The notes beneath the pieces are model-generated. The model did no database searches. It was not told the DNA's origin and saw only the letters and a list, made by a program, of their open reading frames with translations. The position numbers and the translations under genes were made by a program. This document shows positions 1 through 9,946 of a stretch of DNA of 64,000 nt, one piece after another. Source of the DNA: Parvibaculaceae bacterium (lineage in GTDB: Bacteria; Pseudomonadota; Alphaproteobacteria; RS24; CBDDDD01); contig OZ245362.1 in NCBI GenBank assembly GCA_965226465.1, positions 690,082 to 754,081 of the forward strand. The letters run 5' to 3'. Numbering within the stretch: position 1 is the stretch's first letter; each line of letters opens with the position of its first letter.

Positions 1-2
1 CG

Positions 3-104
3 CGTGAGCAGATAGAAGAAAGCCTTTACTCTCAACGCCTTAATCTTATCGCCCAGCGCTATTTGCGTGATCTGAAAAGAAACGCTGTTATTGAGTTGCG
101 TTAA
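3..104 (+). CDS. 3' end of a gene running in from the window edge; C-terminal peptide ...RYLRDLKRNAVIELR*, possibly a SurA-like periplasmic chaperone/PPIase
   Basis: Frame 3 is open from the window edge to TAA at 102-104. The position directly upstream of rsmA and the YLRDL+K/R tail resemble SurA-type C termini. This is a weak call. Confidence 0.3.
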   Translation, partial: REQIEESLYSQRLNLIAQRYLRDLKRNAVIELR

Positions 105-107
105 TAT

Positions 108-950
108 ATGCCGCTCCCTCCCCTTAAAGAGGTTATTTCTGAATATGGGTTAAGCCCGCGCAAGGGATTGGGGCAAAATTTTCTGCTAGACTTAAACCTT
201 ACCAGACGGATTGCACGGGCAGCGAATAATGATAACTCGCTGGAAGGCATGAATTTTTTAGAGATTGGCGCAGGACCTGGCGGACTAACCCGCGCCCTTT
301 TTATGGAAGGAGCCTCTCACCTCACCACCATTGAGCGCGATGCAAGGTGCATAGGCGCATTGGAAGAGATTGGCAAATATTGGCAAGGCAGGCTGACCAT
401 AGTGCATGGGGATGCCCTTGAGGAGCAGAATACTATTACCGCAAAAGAGCCCTATCATATTATTGCCAACCTTCCCTATAATATTTCCACTCCCCTTCTC
501 ATTGGCTGGCTACAAAACAAAAAATGGCCGCCTCCATGGCAAAGCATGACCTTACTTTTCCAACAAGAGGTTGCCAAACGCATCCTTGCCGAAACCTCAA
601 GCCGTGCCTATGGCAGAATAAGCGTGCAGGCACAATGGCGTTACACAATAAAAAAATGTTTTGATATTGACCCCAGGGCTTTTCTGCCTGTGCCAAAAAT
701 TACCTCCAGCCTATTGCATTTTACGCCCAAAATAATGGTACCAAAAGCAAACGAAAAATGGCTATATCTCTTGCTGGAAAAGGCTTTTGGGCAAAGGCGC
801 AAAATGCTTGGCACAAGCCTAAAAGGAATAACTCCCAATGCAGAAAAGCTTATTGAAGAAGCAGGATTGGACGCAAAAGCCCGCCCGCAGGATATCTCCC
901 CTTCCGGTTTTTGTACCCTATCTCTTATTTTTGCAAAACAATTAGGCTAG
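108..950 (+). CDS. rsmA: 16S rRNA (adenine1518/1519-N6)-dimethyltransferase RsmA/KsgA
   Basis: 280 aa with the GLGQNFLLD motif, the SAM-binding motif LEIGAGPGGLT and NLPYNIS. Confidence 0.9.
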   Translation: MPLPPLKEVISEYGLSPRKGLGQNFLLDLNLTRRIARAANNDNSLEGMNFLEIGAGPGGLTRALFMEGASHLTTIERDARCIGALEEIGKYWQGRLTIVHGDALEEQNTITAKEPYHIIANLPYNISTPLLIGWLQNKKWPPPWQSMTLLFQQEVAKRILAETSSRAYGRISVQAQWRYTIKKCFDIDPRAFLPVPKITSSLLHFTPKIMVPKANEKWLYLLLEKAFGQRRKMLGTSLKGITPNAEKLIEEAGLDAKARPQDISPSGFCTLSLIFAKQLG

Positions 951-1579
951 AGCTTTTTACGAAGATTATTAACGAAATCAGATAACCCCTCTTGACGCGA
1001 ACGCTTTAGACGCTCAGCAATAAGAATGGCATGTAACTCTTCAATGCTTTTTTCAAAATCATCATTAATGATAATATAATCATATTCCGCATAATGACTA
1101 ATCTCATCATGCGCTTTACGCATACGGTCTTCCACCACTTCCTTTGCATCTTGGGCACGGCTTTCAAGCCTTTGCTTTAATGCCACCACGGAGGGGGGAA
1201 GCACAAATACCCGCACAAGGTTCTTTGGAGAGCCTTCCTGCAATTGTTGCGTTCCCTGCCAATCAATATCAAATAACACATCCAGCCCCTTGGAAAGGGC
1301 TGCTTCTATGGGTTTTTTAGGCGTAGCATAATAATTCCCAAACACACATGCCTGCTCCAAAAATTGCCCCTCCGCCCTCATGGTCGCAAAGCTTTCTTCG
1401 CTGACAAATACATAATCTCTATTCTGCTCTTCCGCCTCACGCTTTGGTCTGGTTGTAACGGAAATGGAGAGGGTTATTTTTTTATCCCGTTGTAATAATT
1501 CACGGCACAAGCTTGTCTTTCCTGCCCCTGAGGGTGAGGAAAGCACAAGCATTATTCCCCTTCTATCAATTTTGGCCAT
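947..1579 (-). CDS. gmk: guanylate kinase
   Basis: 210 aa with P-loop SSPSGAGKTS. The TTRPKREAE..DY.FVS pattern is typical of Gmk. Confidence 0.9.
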   Translation of the reverse strand: MAKIDRRGIMLVLSSPSGAGKTSLCRELLQRDKKITLSISVTTRPKREAEEQNRDYVFVSEESFATMRAEGQFLEQACVFGNYYATPKKPIEAALSKGLDVLFDIDWQGTQQLQEGSPKNLVRVFVLPPSVVALKQRLESRAQDAKEVVEDRMRKAHDEISHYAEYDYIIINDDFEKSIEELHAILIAERLKRSRQEGLSDFVNNLRKKL

Positions 1580-1599
1580 ATAGGCTATTCCTTTTAGCG

Positions 1600-2856
1600 T
1601 TAAGACAAAGCTTTAAAAATGAGCGAGGCATTGGTTCCCCCAAAGCCGAAGCTATTGGATAGTGCTATATTTATTGTATGGGCTTTCTTTTTTTGTGGCA
1701 CAAGGTCAATCTCACTTGGCTCCGGATTTTCCAGATTTATGGTTGGCGGAGCCATATTATCTCTGATAGCAAGCAGAGAAATAACCGCTTCAACAGCCCC
1801 CGCAGCACCCAGCAAATGCCCGATAGAGGATTTTGTAGAGGACATGATAACCCCATCCCTATTCTTTTCAAAAAGACGCTCAATGGCCCTAAGCTCAATC
1901 ACATCGCCAAGCGGAGTGGAGGTTCCATGTGCATTAATATAATCAACCTGCTCCGGCTTCAGCCCTGCCGATGCGAGGGCATTTTTCATGGCACGATAGC
2001 CACCATCTCCATCCTCCGAAGGCGAGGTTACATGATAGGCATCTCCTGACATGCCATATCCGACAATTTCGGCATAGATTTTTGCCCCCCTTGCCTTTGC
2101 CTTTTCATATTCCTCAATAACAACAGTGCCACAGCCCTCGCCCATGACAAAACCATCTCGCCCCTTATCCCAAGGGCGTGAGGCAAGCTCAGGCGTATCA
2201 TTATAATTTGTAGAAAGCGCACGGCAGGCAGCAAAGCCGGCTATGCCAAGCCGCGTAATGGCAGCCTCAGTGCCCCCTGCCAGCATCATATCCGCCTCCC
2301 CACATTGTATAAGACGGGCAGCATCGCCAATGGCATGAGCACCGGTAGAGCACGCCGTCACGACGGCGGAGTTTGGACCTTTGAGATTATGGCGTATAGA
2401 AATCTGCCCGCTTGCCAGATTAATCAATGCTCCAGGGATAAAGAAAGGACTTATCTTTCTTGGTCCTTTTTCAATAAGTTTTATGGTATTTTCAGCAATG
2501 GAGTTCAGCCCGCCAATACCGGAGCCGACCAATACGCCTGAGCGTTCCTGTTCTGCGAGGCTTTTGGCTTCAAATCCGCTATCCTTCATCGCCATATCGG
2601 CAGCGATAATGGCATAGATGATAAAATCATCAATACGCTTTTGCTCTTTAGGCTCTATCCATTTATCAGGATTTAACTCACGCTCCCCCTCTCCCCTTGG
2701 GACAGCACAAGCGATACGGCAAGGCAAGTCATCGGTTTGAAACCCTTCAATATGCCCTGCTCCAGACTTACCTTCCAATAAAGATTTCCAGCTTTCTTCA
2801 GCCCCGCAAGCAAGCGGACTTATCAGCCCTATACCTGTGACAACTGCCCGCTTCAT
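1600..2856 (-). CDS. fabF: 3-oxoacyl-ACP synthase II
   Basis: 418 aa with active-site Cys context ACSTGAHAIG, plus HGTSTPLGD and GHLLGAAG. It lies in a fabD-fabG-acpP-fabF cluster. Confidence 0.9.
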   Translation of the reverse strand: MKRAVVTGIGLISPLACGAEESWKSLLEGKSGAGHIEGFQTDDLPCRIACAVPRGEGERELNPDKWIEPKEQKRIDDFIIYAIIAADMAMKDSGFEAKSLAEQERSGVLVGSGIGGLNSIAENTIKLIEKGPRKISPFFIPGALINLASGQISIRHNLKGPNSAVVTACSTGAHAIGDAARLIQCGEADMMLAGGTEAAITRLGIAGFAACRALSTNYNDTPELASRPWDKGRDGFVMGEGCGTVVIEEYEKAKARGAKIYAEIVGYGMSGDAYHVTSPSEDGDGGYRAMKNALASAGLKPEQVDYINAHGTSTPLGDVIELRAIERLFEKNRDGVIMSSTKSSIGHLLGAAGAVEAVISLLAIRDNMAPPTINLENPEPSEIDLVPQKKKAHTINIALSNSFGFGGTNASLIFKALS

Positions 2857-2894
2857 AAGATTTCAATACTTTCTCTATAATAGAGAAACTTCCC

Positions 2895-3128
2895 TTATGA
2901 CGCCTGGTCAATAAAAGAGATAGCATCTGCCACAGTAAGGATTTTTTCTGCGGCATCATCGGGTATTTCGACATCAAAGGCTTCTTCAAATGCCATAACC
3001 AACTCGACTGTGTCGAGGCTATCTGCTCCCAGATCATCAATAAAGCTTGCGGTTTCGGTCACTTTACCGGCTTCAACGCCAAGGTTTTCAACAATGATTG
3101 CTTTTACACGTTCTGCAGTTTCGCTCAT
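2895..3128 (-). CDS. acpP: acyl carrier protein
   Basis: Carries the phosphopantetheine attachment motif [13 protein letters not shown] placed the start at the internal Met (MSETAERVK...) rather than at the 88-aa ORF start. Confidence 0.9.
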   Translation of the reverse strand: MSETAERVKAIIVENLGVEAGKVTETASFIDDLGADSLDTVELVMAFEEAFDVEIPDDAAEKILTVADAISFIDQAS

Positions 3129-3278
3129 ATTTTCCCTCAATTCTAAAATAGTTAACTTCAAAATGACTTAAAACAAATCGGTGACTCATGCAATAGCAAG
3201 AAACGCTTTATTTTACGAATCGCCTTTTCTGCCTTTTACCTTAGAACGAATTCTACCTAAAGAAAAAGCAAAAATTCT

Positions 3279-4016
3279 CTATATCATTGTCATTCCGCCA
3301 TTAACATGCATGGTTTGACCTGTAATATATCCGGCTTCTTTGCTGGCAAGATAAAGCACGGCGGTAGCGATATCATTGCTTTCTCCAAACTGATTTGCGG
3401 GGATATTTGCGAGAATTGCGCCTTTTTGCTCATCGGTAAGGGCATCGGTCATGGGTGTTTTGATGAAGCCGGGAGCGATACAATTGACAGTGATATTGCG
3501 GCTGGCAACTTCTTTGGCGAGCGATTTGCTCATGCCGATAATTCCTGCTTTAGAGGCGGCATAATTTGCCTGTCCAGCATTTCCTGTGACACCGACGATA
3601 GAGGTAATGGAAATAATTCTTCCAAACCGGTTCTTCATCATGCCCCTAAGGCAAGCCCGCGAGAGGCGAAAGGCAGCGGTAAGATTGACAGCAAGCACCT
3701 CGCTCCAATCTTCATCCTTCATGCGCATCATAAGCGTATCTCTTGTGATACCGGCATTATTGACCAGAATATCAATGCCCCCCATTGCCTCCTCTGCAGC
3801 CTTTATCAGGGCTTCTGCCCCCTCTGCCTCGGAGAGATTTGCAGGCACGGCATACGCTCTTTCTCCCAGCTCAGAGGCAAGGCTTTCCAATGCCTCCTTT
3901 CTCGTACCCGCAAGAGCAATTTCTGCCCCCGCTCCATATAAGCAATGGGCAATGGCGCCGCCAATCCCCCCTGACGCTCCTGTCACCAATGCTCTTTGTC
4001 CACTTAACTCAAACAT
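3279..4016 (-). CDS. fabG: 3-oxoacyl-ACP reductase
   Basis: 245-aa SDR with TGASGGIG, NNAG and YAASKAG motifs, in the fab cluster. Confidence 0.9.
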   Translation of the reverse strand: MFELSGQRALVTGASGGIGGAIAHCLYGAGAEIALAGTRKEALESLASELGERAYAVPANLSEAEGAEALIKAAEEAMGGIDILVNNAGITRDTLMMRMKDEDWSEVLAVNLTAAFRLSRACLRGMMKNRFGRIISITSIVGVTGNAGQANYAASKAGIIGMSKSLAKEVASRNITVNCIAPGFIKTPMTDALTDEQKGAILANIPANQFGESNDIATAVLYLASKEAGYITGQTMHVNGGMTMI

Positions 4017-4027
4017 AATTTTCTCCT

Positions 4028-4969
4028 TTATAGGCTTTTCATAAATGCATCAATATCTTCTTTTTCGGCAATGGAACATGCTTCCATTTCCGGAACAATG
4101 CGCCGTACCAGACCCGATAATACCTTACCCGCTCCAATTTCCACAAGCCCTTGGCAGCCCTGTTTTGCCATAAACTCAATGCTTTCCCTCCAGCGCACCG
4201 TGGCAACCACCTGCTCTACCAATTGTCGCTTAATCTCTTCAGGCTCACGGGAAGGCATGGCGCTTACATTAGCGATAAGGGGTATGCAAGGCGCTACTAT
4301 TTCTTCCCCCTCAAGGGCTGCCTGCATGGCTTGGGCAGCAGGGCGCATAAGCGAGCAATGAAACGGGGCGCTTACCGCAAGCGCTATGGCACGCTTTGCC
4401 CCTTTTTCTTTAGCAATTTCCATAGCCCGCTCTATAGAAGCGGCATGTCCTGAAAGCACTACCTGCCCATTGGCATTATCATTTGCAGCAGAACATATTT
4501 CATCGCCCTTAGCAGCAAGAGAGGCAATTTCTTCTGCAAGCTCAAAGCTTACCCCAAGCAATGCTGCCATTTTACCAACACCTACAGGCACCGCTTCCTG
4601 CATAGCATTGGCACGAATACGCAAAAGGCGTGCCGTCTGTGCAATGCTAACACTTCCTGCCGCTGCCAAAGCAGAATATTCCCCCAGACTATGCCCGGCA
4701 ACAAAGACAGCATTTTCAGCAAGACCGAACCCCTCTGCCTCCATGCTTCTCAATATGGCAAGGCTTACCGCCATAAGAGCAGGCTGTGCATTTTGTGTAA
4801 GCGTCAGGGCTTGCTCATCCTCTCCCCAGATAATTTCAGAAAGTTTTTCCGAAAGTGCCTCATCTACTTCCTCAAATACGGCTTTTGCATGCGGGCAGGC
4901 ACGTGCCAATTTGCGCCCCATTCCTGGAAACTGGCTTCCCTGTCCGGGGAAAACAAAGGCTCTTTTCAT
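4028..4969 (-). CDS. fabD: malonyl-CoA:ACP transacylase
   Basis: 313 aa with FPGQGSQ and the active-site motif GHSLGEYSAL. Confidence 0.9.
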   Translation of the reverse strand: MKRAFVFPGQGSQFPGMGRKLARACPHAKAVFEEVDEALSEKLSEIIWGEDEQALTLTQNAQPALMAVSLAILRSMEAEGFGLAENAVFVAGHSLGEYSALAAAGSVSIAQTARLLRIRANAMQEAVPVGVGKMAALLGVSFELAEEIASLAAKGDEICSAANDNANGQVVLSGHAASIERAMEIAKEKGAKRAIALAVSAPFHCSLMRPAAQAMQAALEGEEIVAPCIPLIANVSAMPSREPEEIKRQLVEQVVATVRWRESIEFMAKQGCQGLVEIGAGKVLSGLVRRIVPEMEACSIAEKEDIDAFMKSL

Positions 4970-5126
4970 AGTTATTTCCCTTTCAAATTCTCTTCTTTTT
5001 TAGCCATATAGGGCTTTGTTCTCAAGCATAATCGGGAAAAGGCTTGCCAAGCAGGAAAATCCTATGCTATTTCACCTTCACCCATAGTAAATATGGTTGA
5101 TAATGGTAAGAAAGGATATGGAAAAC

Positions 5127-5489
5127 ATGGCACTATATGAGCATGTTTTTATTGCGCGTCAGGATATTTCTGCAGACCAGGCACAAGCGCTTGGCAAAAG
5201 CTTTGCTGAGGTTCTTTCCGAGCAGAAAGGCAAAATTGTTAAGACGGAATATTGGGGATTAAAAAGCCTTGCATATCGTGTAAAGAAAAACAGGAAAGGT
5301 CATTATATTCTTATGAATATAGACGCCTCCCCTGATGCGGTAGCAGAGATGGAACGCCGCCAGCGTCTTCATGATGATGTGTTGCGTTTTTTAACAATAA
5401 GTGTGGATAAGCATGAGGAAGGACCCTCTGCCCCGATGCGCAAGCGAGAAAGCCGCCCCGGTGACATGGAACAGGAAGCAGAGTTATGA
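5127..5489 (+). CDS. rpsF: 30S ribosomal protein S6
   Basis: [15 protein letters not shown]... is a typical S6 N terminus. The ORF track start (TTG 5097) is probably too far upstream. The gene is followed by rpsR and rplI. Confidence 0.85.
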   Translation: MALYEHVFIARQDISADQAQALGKSFAEVLSEQKGKIVKTEYWGLKSLAYRVKKNRKGHYILMNIDASPDAVAEMERRQRLHDDVLRFLTISVDKHEEGPSAPMRKRESRPGDMEQEAEL

Positions 5490-5719
5490 TTCCAACTTCA
5501 AAGCCCTTCAGCAATCGTCGCAAGAGCTGTCCCTTTAGCGGGGACCATGCCCCTATCATTGATTATAAGGATGTCCGCCTTTTGCAGAGATATATCTCGG
5601 AAAGAGGCAAGATTGTCCCAAGTCGCATATCTGCTGTATCGGCGAGCAAGCAGCGTGCGTTAGCGCGCGCGATTAAGCGGGCGCGTTATTTAGCATTATT
5701 GCCCTATACAAATGGGTAA
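5486..5719 (+). CDS. rpsR: 30S ribosomal protein S18
   Basis: 77 aa with [23 protein letters not shown], characteristic of S18. It overlaps rpsF by 4 nt. Confidence 0.85.
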   Translation: MIPTSKPFSNRRKSCPFSGDHAPIIDYKDVRLLQRYISERGKIVPSRISAVSASKQRALARAIKRARYLALLPYTNG

Positions 5720-5733
5720 GGGATAGGAAGTTC

Positions 5734-6417
5734 ATGGAAATTGTTCTTTTAGAGCGTATAGAGAAGCTTGGTCAAATGGGCGATGTTGTAAAAGTCCGTG
5801 ATGGTTATGCGCGCAATTTTCTGATACCGCAAGGCAAGGCATTGCGGGCGAATAAGCAAAATCTGGAGCATTTTGAAAAAGAGCGTACCCAATTGGAAGC
5901 TCGTAATTTGAAGCTAAAAGGCGAGGCAGAGCAAATTGCCAAAAAGCTGGATGGCGCCAACTTTATTGCGATACGCCAATCCAGTGAAAGCGGACAGCTT
6001 TATGGTTCCGTTTCCAGCCGTGATATAGCCGCATTGGTAACGGAGGGTGGAGCGAGCATTCAGCGTGGTCAAATATATCTGAGCCATCCCATTAAAGCAT
6101 TAGGCGTATATAAGGTAAGCGTTTCCCTTCACCCTGAAGTAAATGTGGAGATTGAAGTCAATGTTGCCCGTAGTAGCGAAGAGGCAGAACGCCAAGCCCG
6201 CGGAGAAGATGTGTTAGCCGATGCCGAGGCAAAAGAGCAGCAAGAGGAGAGCATTGCCGTTGAGGAAGTATTTGAGGAAGAAGTATTAGCCGAGCAAAAG
6301 GCAACTGAAGAAGCCCAAGAAGCTAAGGAAGCAGAAGAAGCCCAAGAGGCAGAAGAAGCCGTTGAAAGCGAGACAGAAGCAGATAAAGAAGAAGCCCCCG
6401 CACAAGAAAAAGACTAA
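5734..6417 (+). CDS. rplI: 50S ribosomal protein L9 with a long acidic E/A/Q-rich C-terminal extension
   Basis: The N terminus [36 protein letters not shown] matches L9. Roughly the last 70 aa are low-complexity and acidic. Confidence 0.85.
   Translation: MEIVLLERIEKLGQMGDVVKVRDGYARNFLIPQGKALRANKQNLEHFEKERTQLEARNLKLKGEAEQIAKKLDGANFIAIRQSSESGQLYGSVSSRDIAALVTEGGASIQRGQIYLSHPIKALGVYKVSVSLHPEVNVEIEVNVARSSEEAERQARGEDVLADAEAKEQQEESIAVEEVFEEEVLAEQKATEEAQEAKEAEEAQEAEEAVESETEADKEEAPAQEKD
6307..6360 (+). repeat. two imperfect 27-nt tandem units inside the rplI tail (EEAQEAKEA / EEAQEAEEA)
   Basis: gaagaagcccaagaagctaaggaagca is followed directly by gaagaagcccaagaggcagaagaagcc. Confidence 0.8.
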
Positions 6418-6426
6418 CGCTAAAAG

Positions 6427-6486
6427 CACCCCCAAATCTTCCACACCAACTTCCCCCCCCAACCCCATTTAACCCTTTCCTATCCC
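6427..6486 (+). other. 60-nt G-free, C-rich tract in the rplI-dnaB spacer (candidate Rho-utilisation-like region)
   Basis: A hand count finds no G between 6427 and 6486. The tract contains a C8 run and several C4-5 runs, and no stem-loop/T-tract terminator is visible. Confidence 0.3.
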
Positions 6487-6511
6487 GACATGAGTTCCTA
6501 TTAAGGATATC

Positions 6512-8035
6512 ATGGAAGCGGAACAAAATAATCTCACCCCAATATCAGGCACCAATACCCCCAAAGAGGAATATCGTGCCCTCCCCCATAACATAGATGC
6601 CGAGCAGGGATTATTAGGTGCCTTACTGATTAATAATGAGACCCATGAACAAATTGCTGATTTTTTGAAGCGTGATCATTTTTTTGAGCCTTTACATGGG
6701 AGGATTTATGAAGCGATTAACACGCTCATTATAAGTGGCAAGCTTGCCTCTCCGATTACATTAAAAACCTATTTTGAGAATGATGAGGCGTTGAAATCCG
6801 TAGGCGGCTCACAATATCTGGCAAAGCTTGCAGGCTCCGCAACGACGATTATCAATGCGAAGCAATATGGGCAAAGCATTCATGACCTTGCCGTTCGCAG
6901 GCACTTAATCATGATTGCCGAAGAGATGAGGGATAATGCCTATGAAGCCGAGATTGATGCAGATTCACGCAGTCAGATTGAAGAGATAGAGAGCAAGCTC
7001 TATCAGATAGCGGAGAATGATTCTCTCAAAACAGGTTTTATGGATTTTGCGGAGAGCCTTACAACAGCGATTGATATGGCAGGCAGTGCCTATAAAAGGG
7101 ATGGGCATTTATCGGGTCTTGCTTCCAATTTTCGTGATTTGGATAAAATATTGGGAGGACTTCAGCCCTCTGACCTTTTAATTGTTGCAGGAAGACCGGG
7201 CATGGGGAAGACGGCTTTTGCGACCAATATTGCCTTTCATGTTGCAGAAGCCCATGCACGAGCAGAAAGGGAGGGCAATATTAAGCAGCATGATGACGGC
7301 AGGGTAGAAGTATTAGACGGTGCGGTTGTCGGTTTTTTCTCACTGGAAATGTCTGCCGAGCAATTGGCAACCCGTATCATTTCCGAGCAAGCAAGAATAT
7401 CCTCACAAAATATTCGCACAGGCAGGATTAGCGAGCAGGAATATGGCGAGCTTGTCAATGCAGGTAAAACCCTGCAATCCCTTCCTCTTTTTATTGACCA
7501 TACTGGTGCGATTAATATTGCAACCCTAACAGCACGAGCCAGAAGGCTTAAGCGGCAACATAATTTAGGGCTGATTGTGGTTGATTATATCCAGCTTGTC
7601 CGTGCCAATATGCGTATGAATGACAACCGTGTTCACGAGATAAGCGTAATCACACAGGGGCTAAAAGCATTGGCAAAGGAGTTAAACATTCCCGTGATTG
7701 CCATTTCCCAGCTTTCCCGTCAGGTGGAAAACAGAGATAATAAAACGCCGCAATTATCGGATTTGCGTGAAAGTGGTTCCATTGAGCAGGATGCCGATGT
7801 TGTGATGTTTGTCTATCGGGAAGCCTATTATAAGGAGAATGAGAAGCCGCAGGAGGGGACGGAGGAGTTTATACAATGGCAGCAGGATATGGACAAGCTA
7901 CATGGCAAGGCGAAACTTATTATTGGCAAAAACAGGCACGGACCTACAAGGTCTATTGACCTTGCCTTTGAAGCACAGTTTACTCGTTTTTCAGATTATA
8001 TCGGAGACGAATATTTACCGGAAGCGAAAGATTGA
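6512..8035 (+). CDS. dnaB: replicative DNA helicase DnaB
   Basis: 507 aa with the N-terminal motif PHNIDAEQGLLGALL, Walker A GRPGMGKT, and SQLSR..E.R. Confidence 0.9.
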   Translation: MEAEQNNLTPISGTNTPKEEYRALPHNIDAEQGLLGALLINNETHEQIADFLKRDHFFEPLHGRIYEAINTLIISGKLASPITLKTYFENDEALKSVGGSQYLAKLAGSATTIINAKQYGQSIHDLAVRRHLIMIAEEMRDNAYEAEIDADSRSQIEEIESKLYQIAENDSLKTGFMDFAESLTTAIDMAGSAYKRDGHLSGLASNFRDLDKILGGLQPSDLLIVAGRPGMGKTAFATNIAFHVAEAHARAEREGNIKQHDDGRVEVLDGAVVGFFSLEMSAEQLATRIISEQARISSQNIRTGRISEQEYGELVNAGKTLQSLPLFIDHTGAINIATLTARARRLKRQHNLGLIVVDYIQLVRANMRMNDNRVHEISVITQGLKALAKELNIPVIAISQLSRQVENRDNKTPQLSDLRESGSIEQDADVVMFVYREAYYKENEKPQEGTEEFIQWQQDMDKLHGKAKLIIGKNRHGPTRSIDLAFEAQFTRFSDYIGDEYLPEAKD

Positions 8036-9153
8036 GCGACGAGATATTTTCCTATCATGGTGGAGAAAGCGCCCATTTGACTATTGACCTTTCGGCAGTG
8101 GTGGAAAATTACAAATATTACGACAAGCAAAGCAAGGGGCAAAGTGCCGCCGTTGTCAAAGCCAATGCCTATGGCTTGGGCATGGAGGAAGTTTCCATGA
8201 GCTTGCTCAAGGCAGGCTGTCAGCATTTTTTTGTTGCCGAGCCTGCAGAGGCGATGCGCTTGCGGGAGATATCCGATAATGCAGAGATTTTTGTCTTTAA
8301 CGGCTTCCCCCCCCAATATGGGGAAGCCCTTGCAAAAGCACGCCTTACTCCCTGCCTGAACAACAAAACACAGATAGAGGAATGGATAGCCCTTTGCCAA
8401 AAGACAGGGGTCGCCCACCCTGCCTGCTTGCACATAGATACAGGCTTTCACCGGCTTGGCATAAGCATGGAGGAATATAAGAGCCTGAAAGAAGCGGGGC
8501 TATTGGAGAGCCTCCCTTTACGCCTTATTATGAGCCATTTTGCCTGTGCAGATACTCCTGAAAACAAATTAAATGAAAAGCAGTTCTTACGCTTTGAAGC
8601 GATAAGGAAAGATTTTCCTGACACTCCTGCAAGTCTGGCAAATTCTGCCGCAACGCTTACCGATAGCAAATATCACTTTGAGCTTACCCGCATTGGCATA
8701 GGTCTATATGGCGCCGCCCCCTATGCGGATGGAAGCAAGGCACATAAGATAGCCGCCAAGCTACACGCCCGCATTATCCGGACAAGAGCGGTAAAGAAAG
8801 GCGAGAGCATTGGCTATGGAGCAAGCTATATAGCCCCCAAAGATATGCGGATTGGTGTGATTGCGCTTGGCTATGGCGATGGCATATTGCGGTGCATTGG
8901 CAAAGCCAAGCCGCCTTATGCTAAGGTTTTCTGCAAAGGCGTTTATCTGCCTCTTATTGCGCGGGTGAGCATGGATTTAATGACCATTGATATGAGCGAT
9001 AACAATGCAGGCATGATAGAAGAAAATGATTGGGTAGAAGTGCTTGGCACGCACTCAACTTTGGAAGAAAATGCGAAGCTCGCCAATACGATAAATTATG
9101 AGCTTCTCACCTCTCTCGGTAATCGCTATAAGCGATATTATAAGAAAGGATAA
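8032..9153 (+). CDS. alr: alanine racemase
   Basis: 373 aa with the PLP-lysine context VVKANAYGLG. It has a TTG start that overlaps the dnaB stop by 4 nt. Confidence 0.85.
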   Translation: MSDEIFSYHGGESAHLTIDLSAVVENYKYYDKQSKGQSAAVVKANAYGLGMEEVSMSLLKAGCQHFFVAEPAEAMRLREISDNAEIFVFNGFPPQYGEALAKARLTPCLNNKTQIEEWIALCQKTGVAHPACLHIDTGFHRLGISMEEYKSLKEAGLLESLPLRLIMSHFACADTPENKLNEKQFLRFEAIRKDFPDTPASLANSAATLTDSKYHFELTRIGIGLYGAAPYADGSKAHKIAAKLHARIIRTRAVKKGESIGYGASYIAPKDMRIGVIALGYGDGILRCIGKAKPPYAKVFCKGVYLPLIARVSMDLMTIDMSDNNAGMIEENDWVEVLGTHSTLEENAKLANTINYELLTSLGNRYKRYYKKG

Positions 9154-9159
9154 AACAAT

Positions 9160-9933
9160 ATGAACCCGCTTGCCCATATTGGGAATATCACGATTAGGTT
9201 TTTTGCAAGCTGTGGCAGGCTGTTTTTATTTGTTCTCTCTGGCATAAGAGCGGTATTTCTTCCGCCTTATTATTTACGACTTATTGGCATACAGGCTTTG
9301 CAGATTGGATATTATTCTCTGCCGGTTGTTGCGCTTACTTGCTTTTTTACGGGCGGTGTTTTCGCATTACAGATTTACTATGGGAGCAATCAGTTTAATT
9401 CGGAGAGCATTATAGCGACCATTGTAGCGCTTGGCATTACCCGTGAGCTTGGTCCGGTATTTGGAGGGCTTATGGTAGCAGCCAGGGTAAGTTCTGCCAT
9501 AGCTGCCGAGATAGGAACCATGCGTGTCAGTGAGCAGCTAGATGCCCTGACCACGCTTTCAACGGACCCCATGAAATATCTTGTTGCCCCCCGTCTTATT
9601 GCAGCCGTTCTCTGCCTTCCTATTTTGGCAACTTTTGCCGATACTATCGGTATTCTTGGCGGTTTTGTCGTTGGCACGAAATCGCTTGATTTTACGGCAG
9701 CAACCTATTTGCAGCAAACCTATAATTTTCTTGACCTTGATGATATTTTATCCGGTCTTATCAAAGCCAGCGTATTTGGTTTTTTAATTGCGCTTATGGG
9801 CTGTTATCATGGTTATTATTGCAGTGGTGGTGCGCAAGGTGTGGGACGGGCTACGACCAATGCGGCTGTGTCCTCTGCTATTCTAATCTTGACATCAAAT
9901 TACCTCATGACCTCCCTCTTATTCTCATCCTGA
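9160..9933 (+). CDS. mlaE: MlaE-family ABC transporter permease (phospholipid/lipid-asymmetry type)
   Basis: 257 aa and multi-TM, with the ...EQLDALTTLSTDPMKYLVAPR... signature of MlaE/Ttg2B permeases. Confidence 0.75.
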   Translation: MNPLAHIGNITIRFFASCGRLFLFVLSGIRAVFLPPYYLRLIGIQALQIGYYSLPVVALTCFFTGGVFALQIYYGSNQFNSESIIATIVALGITRELGPVFGGLMVAARVSSAIAAEIGTMRVSEQLDALTTLSTDPMKYLVAPRLIAAVLCLPILATFADTIGILGGFVVGTKSLDFTAATYLQQTYNFLDLDDILSGLIKASVFGFLIALMGCYHGYYCSGGAQGVGRATTNAAVSSAILILTSNYLMTSLLFSS

Positions 9934-9946
9934 CAGGAAGGGCAAA

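Noticed and set aside
3306-5003. Long antisense ORFs (211, 152, 205 and 106 aa, among others) opposite fabG and fabD. Similar shadows lie opposite carB (53050-53604), the oxoprolinase (40744-41118) and gltX (28196-28774).
   Set aside because: They lie entirely within strongly supported genes on the other strand. They have A/S/P/R-rich low-complexity translations and no recognisable motifs, which is typical of shadow ORFs.
6286-6526. Two minus-strand ORFs (60 and 67 aa) across the rplI tail and spacer
   Set aside because: They are mirror images of the GAA/GCC-rich repeat and the C-rich spacer. Their translations are L/F/G-rich low complexity, and there is no start context.
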